Assembly: GCA_951406725.2 (NCBI GenBank)
Contig: OX597823.1
Location: 26,184,001-26,308,000, forward strand
Origin: Octopus vulgaris
Lineage: Eukaryota
DNA length: 124,000 bases
Direction: 5' to 3'
Made by a program: the position numbers and the translations under genes. Positions 1 through 13,059 of the stretch are shown here, piece by piece (the first letter of the stretch is position 1; each line of letters begins with the position of its first letter). The notes below the pieces were generated by a model. It was not told the origin of the DNA. It searched no databases and saw only the letters and a program-made list of their open reading frames with translations.

Positions 1-983
1 AATAAAACTTCTAAATTATTGATTATTTTCAAAATTAATTGAAACATATAGACAAAATAATACATTAGAAATATGGTTACAAAATAGAAACTTTTGGAAT
101 CATTCATAAGGACAGATTGACACCTGGATTACCTAATTGGAACTTCAGAGGACCTCTAATGATAAATTGTTGATAAGTAGAATCCGGCCAAACAGGTACA
201 AAGAAAAAAATACACAGGAAAAAAAAACAACATCATTTTTATAACTTCTTTGATAGGATGAAACAAGTGATGTACATACTTTTCCCTTCACTTTTATCTC
301 CTTGTTGTCATTCTTGTCAGATTGCTATGGCCCAAATCAGTATATATTTGGAGGTTGGACACTGCATCTCACGTGTTTTGTTTTGGGCTTGGTTTCTATG
401 GCTGGATACCCTGCCTAACACCGACCACATTAAAGAGTGTATTGACTGCTTGTCCTTTCCAACCACTCCTACAGGCCCCTTCTATTACTATCCATCAATT
501 GTCTCTTCAACCATTATTCATCCCAATCACTCTGTTTCTACTGTCACACTTCTTTTCTCCTCCAAAACACACCTTGGTTTTGTTGTCATCAGTGTCTCTT
601 CTATTCACTTCCTCAACCACATAGATCTAAGTGAACAAACATGTTATGAGTATTGAGGACTCTCTAATTTTGCTGGATACAAGGACACCCCACCTCTCCA
701 CTCCTAGTGTTTGCACTGCTAGGATTCTACAGAGGACACTGTATAAAGTGAGTGGTGAGCAAGTGAAGATGTAGGATTGAGAGAATCCTTTAGTCCTGTT
801 GAGGACATGGCAAACTCTCTAGGACTAGTGCCATGGACCTAGGATTTTCTGGAAATAGTTGGTAGCAGGAAGCCAAAAATGAAATGCACAAGTAAGACAT
901 ACTCTTCCAAACTGCTTGGGAGGGCAAAAAGTTTAGGAAAAACCCAGTCCAGTATTTATCTGAAGGGCCATATGTGTGTATAT

Positions 984-1030
<47 letters not shown>

Positions 1031-1089
1031 CATACATATATATATAGTTAATCCAAACATGAAAACACAAAGAGAAAACACAACGCTTT

Positions 1090-1945
1090 GTGCTATCAGC
1101 ATGCAAAACTAAATGCAATACCCAATAAATACACTGGACCTGGAGGGATTGCAATCCCAGAAGCACAATCAGTGCAAGACCTGGGCATTTACATGAGTAA
1201 TGATTCAACCTTTCATGTGCATGTTGCTAAATTGGCAATGAAATGTAGGCAGCTGACCAGATGGATTCTTAGAACCTTTAGGACAAGAGACCAGGAAACC
1301 ATGATGATCCTCTGGAGGACATGTGTCCTAAGCCACTTTGACTATTGCTCTCAGCTATGGTCACCAATCAGTGTCAAATTAATCTCAGAACTTGAGGCAA
1401 TCCAACGAAGCTACACGAAGAAGATAGCCTCAATGCAGCATATAAGCTATTGGGAAAGACTCAAAAGATTAAGACTCTATTCTTTAGAGCGTAGGTGAGA
1501 AAGATATGCCTAATATACATCTGGAAGATCCTGGAAGGACTTGTCCCTAACTTTGGCATTGAGAGTTACACAAATACTAGAACTGGGTGCCACTGCATAG
1601 TGCCAAGGACTCCAAATTTGCCATCAAGATGTAGGACAAGATACTGCAATAACCTGGGCTTCAGAGGTCCATGGCTCTTCAATATCCTGCTGAAGGACCT
1701 GAGAGACCTGCATGGGGTGGATGCAGATGTCTTTAAAATAAAGCTGGACCTCTTCCTGTCAGGTGTCCCAGATGAACCAACTTCATGGCAGGAGGTGCAG
1801 ATGAGAGCAGCTGCATCAAACTCTCTCATGCACCAAATGTCAATTGTTAAAAAGCATTCGTGAAGTAAAATCATGTAGCAACACCGAATGGCAGTGCCCC
1901 AGCATGGCCACAGCTCGTGAGCTGAAACTAGATAAAAAAAAATAA
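1090..1945 (+). mobile_element. 5'-truncated CR1/L2-group LINE (RT C-terminus and 3' UTR)
   Basis: Translates DLGIYMS...DYCSQLWSP...LEAIQRSYTKKI...YWERLKRLRLYSLERR*ERY...YIWKILEG...FKIKLDLFL, typical of the CR1-group RT thumb region. One TGA (1496-1498) and one frameshift. Confidence 0.85.
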
Positions 1946-2033
1946 TAATATTTTATATATATACATGCATGAGTTGTCTAAGAGACCATAAGTCAGGGAA
2001 AAGATGCACACGTATATCTCTCAGTAGAGTGGG

Positions 2034-2416
2034 TATATTATCAGAAATGTATAGTATTAAATGTCCAACACAGCTGGTCTTACCACTTGGTTTCGCGTAA
2101 ATAATACAATGGAGTGTTAGGTAAGTACCAATTATATAACTTTATGCTTGTCAGAGTTAGCTGATATGGAAGGGAATATGGTGACTGTTCTCTATTGTTG
2201 GAGAAGGATTAGCACAACCAGTTAGCCACTGACCGGTTGTTTTAATTGACCCCTGGTAATAGAGAACAGTCACCATATTCCCTTCCATATCAGCTACCTC
2301 TGATGAGCATAAAGTTATATAATTGGTTTGTTACCCAACACTTCATTGTATTCTTTACTCAAAACCAATTGGTAGGACCAGTCATAATGGATATTTAATT
2401 CTATACATTTCTGATA

Positions 2417-2421
<5 letters not shown>
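2034..2421. repeat. Fold-back (MITE-like) element with ~165-bp arms
   Basis: Arms at 2034-2196 and 2257-2421; the inner ~37 bp pair perfectly. Confidence 0.8.
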
Positions 2422-2465
<44 letters not shown>

Positions 2466-2514
2466 AAACTTACTTGGAAGAGGATGCATGGCATTCAATC
2501 ATATAATAATATAA

Positions 2515-2555
<41 letters not shown>

Positions 2556-2556
2556 T

Positions 2557-2803
2557 CGGTGGCACGTAAAAAGCACCATCCGTCCGTGGTCGTTTGCCAG
2601 CCCCGTCTGGCACCTGTGCGGGTGGCACATAAAAAGCACCCACTACACTCACGGAGTGGTTGGTGTTAGGAAGGGCATCCAGCCGTAGAAACACTGCCAG
2701 ATCAGACTGGTCCTGATGCAGCCTTCTGGCTTCCCAGACCCCAGTTGAACCGTCCAACCCATGCTAGCATGGAAAACGGACGCTAAATGATGATGATGAT
2801 GAT
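2557..2803 (+). mobile_element. RTE 3'-UTR-derived repeat inserted in (TA)n
   Basis: ggtggcacgtaaaaagcacc...ttaggaagggcatccagccgtagaaac...aaatgatgatgat tail. Confidence 0.75.
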
Positions 2804-2878
2804 ATATACATATGTAAATGTCGATACTTACATCTATACATGCATTTATATATATATGTATATATATGTATATGTATA

Positions 2879-2910
<32 letters not shown>

Positions 2911-2939
2911 GAGATATATATATATAATATATATATATG

Positions 2940-3612
2940 CATATGTGTGCACAGGAGGTCATGAAACATGTACAACAAAAAAGTACGAAGCACGAATACA
3001 TGGAACATGAACTATTCTTTCAAACAATGAAAGACATAAATAGAAAACAAAACAAGTAACATAAAGAACGACCCTTCATCATTTGTTGGCTGTCTTTCTA
3101 GTCTCGTATTTCGACCATTTAACAATAATATACGCTTTTGATAAAGCAGTTGCTCCCGCAAAGTAAATTAAATAAAATTTGGGATTGCGGAGGTAACACA
3201 AACAGGATAGTGAAAACAAATAGGAAGGGCTGCTAAGCCTAAATGAGCTTGTGGTGGCAAACGCGTAAATCAAGCTAAGACTAGAGACAAACAACAACAC
3301 GTCTTCCTTGTTCCAGCTACAACGGAAAGAAAGAAAGAAAGATGGCCAATGGTCATGTGAGCAAGGGAGGAGGAGTAAGGGAGAGAGAATGACAGAGTAA
3401 TAGGATAGAATAGTGGGAGAAGAGGAGGTAAAAGAATAAGAGAGAGAAAAGAGTAAAAAGATCGTATAGAGTGCGCATCAGAATTATTAAGATAAAACTT
3501 ACTTGGAAGAGGATGTGTGGCATTCAATCATATAATAATATTGATAAAATATATAATATATATATGCATATATACATACGTCTATGTGCATACTTACATC
3601 TATGTATATATT

Positions 3613-3645
<33 letters not shown>

Positions 3646-3789
3646 ATGTGGGCACAGGACGTCATGAAATGTGTACAACAAAAAAGTATGAAGCACGAGT
3701 ACATGGAACATAAACTATTCTTTTGAACAACAAAAGACACAAATAGAAAACAAAACAAACAACATAAAGAACGACCCTCATTAATTGTT

Positions 3790-3790
<1 letters not shown>
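2940..3790. repeat. Unclassified ~700-bp repeat (family A) in partial tandem
   Basis: Segment 2945-3090 recurs at 3648-3790, and segment 2460-2510 recurs at 3490-3540. Confidence 0.7.
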
Positions 3791-3853
<63 letters not shown>

Positions 3854-3946
3854 CTGGCTTCTTTCAGTTTCCGCCTATCAGTTCTACTTACAAGGCTTTG
3901 GTTGGCGAGAAGAAATTATAGAAAAAGACACTTGCCCAAGGTGCCA

Positions 3947-3988
<42 letters not shown>

Positions 3989-4067
3989 ATAAATATTAGG
4001 GAATAAATCCAAATTTACAGGGAAAAATCAGATTTAGGATTGAATCCAATTTTATAGTAAAATATAA

Positions 4068-4274
4068 TATAATATTAATTAAAGACAAAACCACTATTAT
4101 GCAAATCAAACAAAGAAAGACTTAATCCAATACATAAAAAATTTTATATAAATTAAATATAATTAAGATATCCACTTAATTATATTTAATTTATATAAAA
4201 TTTTTTATGTATTGGATTAAGTCTTTCTTTGTTTGATTTGCATAATAGTGGTTTTGTCTCTAATTAATATTATA
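4068..4274. repeat. Near-perfect palindrome, 100-bp arms, 7-nt spacer
   Basis: 4068-4167 versus 4175-4274, one mismatch; spacer ATATCCA. Confidence 0.9.
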
Positions 4275-4304
4275 TATATATATATATATATACATACATA
4301 CATA

Positions 4305-4357
<53 letters not shown>

Positions 4358-5162
4358 ATTCCTCACCATCCAGGTGACAGGCACAACAGTAAGATGCATT
4401 ACAAATCTATAGTAATTGGAAGGGCGTGACCCAACTGAAATAAACATTAACAACTGTGTAACGTGAGGGCTAAGGAGAAATGAAAGTGTCATCTCTGGAG
4501 TTTGCAAATGACCACTATACTGATACGTAACTGGACAGAATAAATTTACAATCTATAAATGTCTTTGAATAACCAGTCACTCATCTGGAAAGGCCTTGAA
4601 ATCAATGTTACCATCTGGGGACTATGTGTGACCCAGTGATAATAAAAAGACTGAAAGGAGGTTTGCAATCAAATAACTTTACTCAACACTTTGCAATTGA
4701 ATCAGTGGAGGCAAAGATACCTCTCATTTACTGAACAATTTATGCACCACATTGCAGAAATCACAATGTAAGTGTATCTCAAAGCAAACTGTTACACTGT
4801 TGTACCATTGAATTACAAATAATGCTCATCTTTTATGCTTGAGTAACCATACAGCTTCCAAGATCAAAACTGTATTCGTTTTTGCTTAGATAAAATGACA
4901 ACATTGTGGGTGTTGAGTCCCCATGGAGGGGTCTTTCTAACTTGTAAGATGATGAAATTTTATAAATATTATTTCATTTGTGTCTAATATCTATGGTAAA
5001 AATTTCATCAACAGCAAAAATATATGAATTGTCATTGGGGTTATGGCCCTTATGCATAGAATATAATTTCCAAATTTCATAAAGATTTATTCAGTACTTT
5101 TGACCTAGTTTTGGATCATAAAAGAAAAGGCTAAAATTTGGGTGTTAAGGCCTCCATTAGGG

Positions 5163-5219
<57 letters not shown>

Positions 5220-5520
5220 TAGATAGATAGATATAGATATACACACACATACACATTCAAGGATAAATTCATAGATACAACTGAGTGGGCAAACAAAAAT
5301 ATGAGACACAGTCTAGTGCTTTTTTTTATGTTGATAAGCCTGGTACTTATTCTATTAGTTTGTTGTTGTGAAACCAGTAAGTTATGGGGATGTAAATAAC
5401 TGAACACCAGTTGTGAAGCAGTGATGAGGTCGAAACATAGAGACAAAGACACACACATACACTTACATATATACATACGTATATATACGATTGGTTTGTT
5501 TCAGTTCGTGTCTACGAAAT

Positions 5521-5557
<37 letters not shown>

Positions 5558-6642
5558 CATACACGCACACACACACACACACACAAAGAGAAATTTATAG
5601 ATACAACTGAGTGGGCAAACAAAAATATGAGACACTGCCTAGTGCTTTTTTTTTATTTTGATAAACCTGGTACTTATTCTATCAGTTTCTTCTTGTGACA
5701 CCAGTAAGTTATGGGGATGTAAATAAACGAACACCAGTTGTGAAGCAGTGATGAGGCTGAAACACAAAGACACACACATAGACTTACATATATGCATACA
5801 TATATATACAACTGATTTCTTTCAGTTTCTGTCTACAAAATCCACTGACAAGGATTTGGTTGGTCTGAGGCTATAGCTGAAGACACATGCCAAGATACCA
5901 CACAGTGGAACTGAACTGAGGACCATGTGTTTTGGAACCAACTTTGTTACCACACAGCCACACCTGCACCTATGTATGTGTGTGTGTGTGTGTGTATATG
6001 TATGGATGTATATATGTATGCATGTATATATGTGTATATATATGTGTACATATTACATGTACATCTATATATATATATATACATCTACACATACATGTAT
6101 ACATATACATATACATGTATATCTATAGAAATACATCTATACATATACAGCTATACATGAACATATATATGTATATCTATATATATGTATATATATATAC
6201 GTATATCTATATATATGTATACATGTATTATATGTGTACGTATCTATATATATAAAACTGAGAATGCGTGTCTATCTGTCTATCTATCTGTCTGTCTCTG
6301 TGAATCTCTAAAACTTGAGAACTACACAACCAATTTCATTCAAATTTTACACATGCCTTACTTAGGATCCATGTAGCAGAAAAATAAATTTTAACTTCTT
6401 GCCTAGGGCGAGCCCACAGCAATATCATAGCTTCTCCACTATTTCAGTATTATGTGTTAAAAGTGAAACAAAAACATCTCTCTATTGTAATGTCAGATGC
6501 TTTCACTTTAATAATGAAACTATTAAAGTCAAACTATTATACAAGAGGGATGTACCATTAACAGTGGACATCCATTTTGCTAGAAGAAGATCTGCTATGG
6601 TCTTATATGCTACACCACTGGTTTTCAATACATATTAATCAA

Positions 6643-6864
6643 ATTAATATTCAATTTTTCACCCTTATTATTTTAAATTTAAATTTACATGTATATATAT
6701 ATATGTAGATGTATACATATACATGTATATTTATATATACATCCATATCTATACATATACATATATATATATATTCATGTTTATGTATACATCTGTATAT
6801 ATATATATATATATACATGTAAATTTAAATTTAAAATGATATGGGTGAAAAATTGAATATTAAT
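6643..6864. repeat. AT-rich fold-back element
   Basis: attaatattcaatttttcaccc...tttaaatttaaatttacatg pairs with catgtaaatttaaatttaaaa...gggtgaaaaattgaatattaat. Confidence 0.75.
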
Positions 6865-7755
6865 GTTGAGCCTCACAGAGGTAATGACAAGTGACCGAGA
6901 CCTCTGGCAATCTGCTGTGTGTGAGAGATAGTCAGGCCAAATGAAATCATAGTGTGGCCATACTGGTGTAATGTAAATGGCACCCATGAAATTGTAATTG
7001 TGGCCATTACTGGTGCCATATAAATAGCACCTGTGAAATCAGTCAGGCTGTTGCCGTGCCTTGTAAATGGTACCTGTGAATTATAGTCATAGTCATTGAC
7101 AGTGCCATGTAAATAGCACCTGTAAATTGTAGTTCTGGTTGTTGATGGTGCCATGCATTTCCACATGTAATGGGCACTGGTGAATTGTCGTGGTTGTTGT
7201 CAGTGCCATGTAAATGGCACTCATGAATCATAGTTCTGGTCACTGCCGGTGTCATATAAATGGCACCCATGCCAGCAGCATGTAAAAGGACCCATTGCAC
7301 TCTTGGAGTGGCTGGCATTAGGAAGGGCATCCAGCCATAGATACCATGCCAAATCAGACTGGAACCTTGTGCAGCTTTCCAGCTTATCAGCTCCAGTCAA
7401 ACTGTATAATCCATGCCAGCATGGAGAGAGAGTGTGCATTAAATGATATTGAAATGATGATGAATATATAAATATATATATCATGATAGATCGTTAGCCA
7501 CTACACACATTTTTTTCTCTCCTTGTTTTTTCTGTGTCCCTTTCTGTAGAAGAGCATAGGCTCAAAATGTAAAAGACTTTTTCTATTCCTGAGTGTTATA
7601 CTAATACATCTGTTTGTTTTGTGCACCACCTGTCTTCGTCTTTTGCTTTTTTTGTAAACTCTCCCTATATATATATATATATATATTGTCTTTGTGTGTG
7701 GAAGATGTGCTGGTACAATGAACACTAAGAATGTACAAGGAATAGACTTCCTTAA

Positions 7756-8424
7756 ATGTCCGGTGGGGGCTCTTTGAAAGTAGTAGATAGCTTCTGTTAT
7801 CTAGGTGACCAAGTTACTAGTAGAGGAGGAAGTTCTGGAAGCGTAATTGTTAGAATAAGAACAAGCTGGGAAAAGTTCAGTGAGTTATTACCTTTGTTGT
7901 TAAAAAAGGGCCTCTTACTAAGAGTGAAAGGTAGATTGTATGGTGTCTGTGTGCAAACAGCTATATTAGGTGGCAGTGAAACATGGTCTGTGACAACTAG
8001 GACATGCAAAGGTATGAAAGAAATGAAGCTAGCATGCTCTCTGAATGGGTATTGTCACTGCGCATGTGTGACAGAGTGTAAATGATTTTAGAGAAAAATT
8101 GGGTATAAGAGGTATCAGTTGCAGTGTTGTAAGAGGGAAGATTGTACTGGTTTGGTCATATGATTCATATGGTCGAGGACAGCTGCATAAAAAAGTGCTG
8201 ATCTCTAATTGTGGAGGGAACCAGTGGAAGGGATAGATCTAATAAGATGCAGGATGAAGTAGTGAGAAAGGATCTTCAGATGTTGGGCCTCATAGAGATG
8301 ACAAAGGACTGAAATATTTGGTGGTTTGCTGTGTTTGAGAAGACATGTCAAGCTTAGTAAAATTGTGTCCATCCTTACATGCAGGTATGTCTGCAGTGTC
8401 CCTCCTCTCTCAACAGAGAGGACC
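7756..8424 (+). mobile_element. RTE-clade LINE 3' fragment
   Basis: VDSFCYLGD...RIRTSWEKFSELLPLL...RVKGRLY..CVQTAILGGSETW, a typical RTE RT C-terminus; degraded. Confidence 0.8.
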
Positions 8425-8904
8425 CTTCCCTTGAAGGCTTACAGGTGCCGGTGCCATGTAAAAAGCACTTGTGTTGGTGCCACATAAAAGCGTCCATGCT
8501 GGTGCAAAGTAAAAGCACCCGTGCTGGTGTCACATACAAGTTCCCATGGCAGTTCCACATAAAGAACTTGTGCCCATGCCCCACAACTGCATCTGTACTC
8601 GTGCCACATTAAAGTATCCATGCATCTGCTATGTATAAGTGCCTGTGCTAATGTCATGTAAAAATGCCTGTATTGATGTCACATAAAAGTGACTGTGCCA
8701 CAGCCAAGTAAACATGCCCATGCTGGTGTCATACAAAATCACTGGTGCTGGTGCCATGTGAAACGCACATAGTACATTCTGTAAAGTAGTTGACATTAAA
8801 AAGTGCATCAAACCATAGAAAACATGCCAAAATAGAGCAACTCCCCAGCTGGCCAATTCCTGTCAAACTATCCAACCCATGGCAACACAGAAAGTGGATG
8901 TCAA

Positions 8905-9375
8905 GTGGCCGTGTGGTAAGAAGCTTGCCTCCTAATCACATGGTTCTGGGTTCAGTTGCACTGTGTGGCACCTTCGGTCCTCTCGACTGAGAGAGGAGGA
9001 ACACAGCAGACATACCTGCATGTATGGATGGACACAATTTTACTTAGCTTGACATGTCTTCTCTAGCACAGCAATCCACTACTATAGCCTCAAGCTGACC
9101 AAAGCCTTGTGAGTGGATTTGGTAGATGGAAACTGAAAGAAGCCTGTCATATATATATATATATATTTGTGTTTGTGTCTGTACTCGTCCCTCCACTATT
9201 GCTTGACAACTGATGTTGGTGTATTTACATCCCTGTAACTTAACAGTTCAGCAAAAGACACCGATAGAATAAGTACAGGGCTTACAAAGAATAAGTCCAG
9301 GGGTTAATTTCTTCAACTAAAAGCAGTGCTCCAGCATGGTCACAGTCAAAATGACCGAAACAAGTAAAAGAATAA
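8905..9375 (+). mobile_element. SINE S1 copy interrupted by a 99-bp inverted RTE segment
   Basis: Head ends ggcacctt at ~8975; body resumes ..tactatagcc at ~9080. Confidence 0.75.
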
Positions 9376-10253
9376 ACGAATATATATATATATACTCACA
9401 CACACATCATCATCATCATCATTTAACATCCATATCCCATACTGGCATGGGTTGAATAGTTTGACAGGATCTGATGGGCCTAAGGACTGTATTGTGTTCC
9501 AGTATCGCACATGTTTGGTGGTTGGATGCCCTTCTTAATGCCAACCACTTTACAATGTGTACTGGGTGCTTTTTCATGCCACTGGCATGACTAAGGTTGC
9601 CATGCAGCTTACAAGCCAGCAAAACTCAAGGAGTGGGTAGGGAAGTTTGTCCTATGCTAGATGGGGGTTAAGGTATGAGAGATGTTTGGGTAGAGCAGGT
9701 TCTTGTAGAGAAGCTGCATGGGTGCACACATTTAGAGGAGAGAGTGAGAATGAATCATTAGTATATTGGCAAAGAAATAAACAGGTGGTACCTCAAAGTA
9801 CAAGGTCAGTAGACGTGAGTGGGAACAGGGAAAATAAGAGTGTGAGTGGGCGGGGGTTTGCAGAGTAAATGGGATGGGGACAAGAGATAGAAAAAGTGGG
9901 TTGAGAGGGGGTAGGCAACATCTCTAAAGATTGGATAGAGTTGAAGGGTGGATGGAAGGAAACACACACTCACACACAGGGGCTGCTGAGAAGCTCCTGG
10001 CTTAAAGGGTATTGTGAAAGGCTTGGTTGGAGGCCCAACCTTCCATGTTCTTTTACAGGGCTAAGAAAAACTGAAAGACTGCTGCAATAAGTTGGCGAAT
10101 CTGAGAGGGGAATATGTTCAATAAAATCACAATGAATTGATCCTCCTGTATTTTCTTTTACCCAAACGCAGGAACTTTTTGGCACCGTCTCGTACGTACA
10201 GACATATTATTAGTCCATAAGTCCCATCATATATATCTCTATCTATCTATCTA

Positions 10254-10310
<57 letters not shown>

Positions 10311-12149
10311 GTATTTATGTATATATACATATATGCATATATGTGTTTATATTTATGTTGTGCTCTTTCATGTCCAGTAACCTTATAGTTCAACAAATGG
10401 AGAATAATAAAATAAGTACCAGACTTGAATGACCACTGGGGTTATCAAGTTCCTTAAAACTGGTGCCCCATCATGGCCACAATTCACATAACTAGTAAAA
10501 TAATAAAAGTACATATATCTATAAAGTATGTGTAAAAATTCTCTAAAAATGCATTGATTTTGGTATTTCTTTATTCTTGCTTTTTGGCTGTTTTCCATTA
10601 AAACATATTTCTCTAACCCCAGGAGGAGATTATTTCAACATAGTTATTTCATTTGTGGGCAATCCATTCTCTCATGTGATGCTAAAATAAAATAACAAAT
10701 AAATAATAACTATATAACTAAATAATAATAATAATGAAACGAAAAATGTAACTATAATTAAATTATAAATTAATAAACATGTATATATATTATTTCTTTA
10801 TGAAATTAGTACAAAAAAATTAACATTTTGAAGTTAATTAACATTATCTAATATTAACTTTTGCTAAAAAGGCAAAGAGAAAAGATGAAAATTTTTATCC
10901 TTTTTTTGAAAATTTACTTCCTCCCTAAAGTATAATTGTCATTTTTCAGTTCCTTTAATAGACAGCAAACATTAAAATTAATTTTTTTGGAGGAATTAAT
11001 TATAATTTTATAGAAAATTATTCCTTTTTTCTCTTTTACTCTCTTGAAATAAACCAAGAAGTGAGAATTTTATTACCTTATAAAAGAAATTGTAATAATT
11101 TCTTTATCTAAAAACTGATCCCTAAATTATTTCATAAATAAATGTCGTGCTTGTTCCCTAAAAGCCTTTCCTTTCCATAGTTCCATTTACCGAAAGTAAA
11201 TACAAAAGTAAAATAGAACTGAGGAAAGAAAATGATTGAGGGAAAGAGAAAGAAAGAGTGAAGAAAGAATTCATAGAGAAAGAGAAAAGAAAAAGTGTTA
11301 GAGAGAATGGGAAAGAAAGAAAAAACAAGGGGAAAGATATGATAGAAAGAATGTGTTAGAGAGAGCGAGAGAGAGAAAGAAATGATAGAGAGAAAGTGAA
11401 AAAAGAAATGATAGAGAGAAAATGAAAAAGAAATAAGAGAGAGAGAAAGAGAGAGAGAGAGAGAATGAGAGAGAAATAAATAAATGATAGAGAGGGGAAG
11501 TGAGAGAGCGAGAAAAATTAAATACATCGATGGAAAAACAACAAAAAGCTGTTATGAAATTATTTCATTTTCAGTTTAGAACAAAAGGTAGCGGCGTTTC
11601 ACGGGTGTATATATATAAATATATACATATGTATATATATATATATGTATATGTAAATGTATATGTATGTATGTACATGGTGTCGGTCACTAGTATAAAC
11701 TTATATTATAAAACAATCAACTAACACTTCCATTTAATAAGTTTATTGTGTGTAAAAATTCTACACTGAATTTAATATAAAACATATGTACACACATTTG
11801 TATATATGAATATATGTCTATGTAGTGTTGTTTTTCTTTCAATTCCATACTTTAATTATTCTTTCTTCAATAACATCGAACTCACACTCAACGTCTATTT
11901 ATAGTTAATTATAAATTTACTACAAGATAAACTGAAGATCTCAATTTAAGGACCAAATTCGCATTTAAGTGCTTTCATGACGTACATTGATAATAATAAT
12001 AATAATAAAAAAACAACATGAAGACAAATTTATTCATAGCCCATCCCATATCCTTTCTTTGGTTCGTTTTTCTTTTTATTCATCATCAATTTCCTTACGA
12101 ATGTTGTTATCCAAGAAAACCGAATGTTTCTAGAAGAACGTAAAGCCCC

Positions 12150-12350
12150 TTAATAAAGGCAAGCACTTAGGCCAGGCTAAAGCTGTCGTATGTCACAACC
12201 ATGAGGCGTTGAACACGATTGTGCTTTTTTACCCAGAATCCTCAGTATCAGTGGCTACCCACAACTGAAGCCGAAGCGGCCTTTACATCTGTGGAGCTTC
12301 TCGCTTTGGTTAGCTCCTGCTTTTGTCGCCAGAGTACGTCCACGGTAAGT
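12150..12350 (+). promoter_or_regulatory. Candidate promoter and non-coding first exon ending in a GTAAGT donor
   Basis: CpG-retaining, SINE-free region. Inr-like TCAGT motifs at ~12242-12252 and a consensus donor CACG|GTAAGT (GT at 12345). Linkage to ZNF800-like is inferred. Confidence 0.45.
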
Positions 12351-13023
12351 GCGCCGAACCTTCCTCTCTAGCATCGTGCGTCGTTCGTTTTATGTCTACG
12401 TTCAATCGTTTCAATGTGTCTTCTTCTTTGTAGAGAAAACTGTTAGTTGTTTATGTTATTTTCATTTTTTTGGCTCTCTCGTTCACTCGAAGTGAGGGTC
12501 ACCCTTCGTCCTCAGCATGACCATTGTGGAGTCTCCGCCGCCGCCGCCACTACTATCACCAACGCCGCCGCACACACGCACACACGCCACATTCTCTTTC
12601 TTTGAGACTATATGCGAAAATGAGGGCAACACACTTAACGCTTCTCTCTTACATGCTGTTATATATATATTTTCTATATTTCCTTTCATTAGCTCTACAG
12701 TATTTGTTTGTATTTTCCCTTCATTACTCATCTGCTCGGAAAACATATCTGCAATACTATTCTGTAAAAATTCTAAAGCGTGCCATGATAAGCAAACCAG
12801 CTAAAGGTGCTACCACCTCAGGCGGATATATATATGGATATATATATTATTCGGCAGTGAGACAGGGCAGTTAGGTTATTCATATTTTGTTTTCATATAC
12901 ATTTCTCTTATTTTCATTTTGATTTCCAAGTCCATTTCCCTAATTTTTTTCTAAACTCATTAACCTTTTATTGAAGTTGAAGATCAGGCAAAGGAAACAA
13001 AACCGATCCCCCTTCACACAAAT

Positions 13024-13059
<36 letters not shown>

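Noticed and set aside
258-656. 132-aa ORF at the window start
   Set aside because: It overlaps an RTE-UTR remnant and low-complexity sequence and has no recognisable domain.
2280-2320. CTGATGAG in the fold-back arm
   Set aside because: No stem II or GAAA box follows it.
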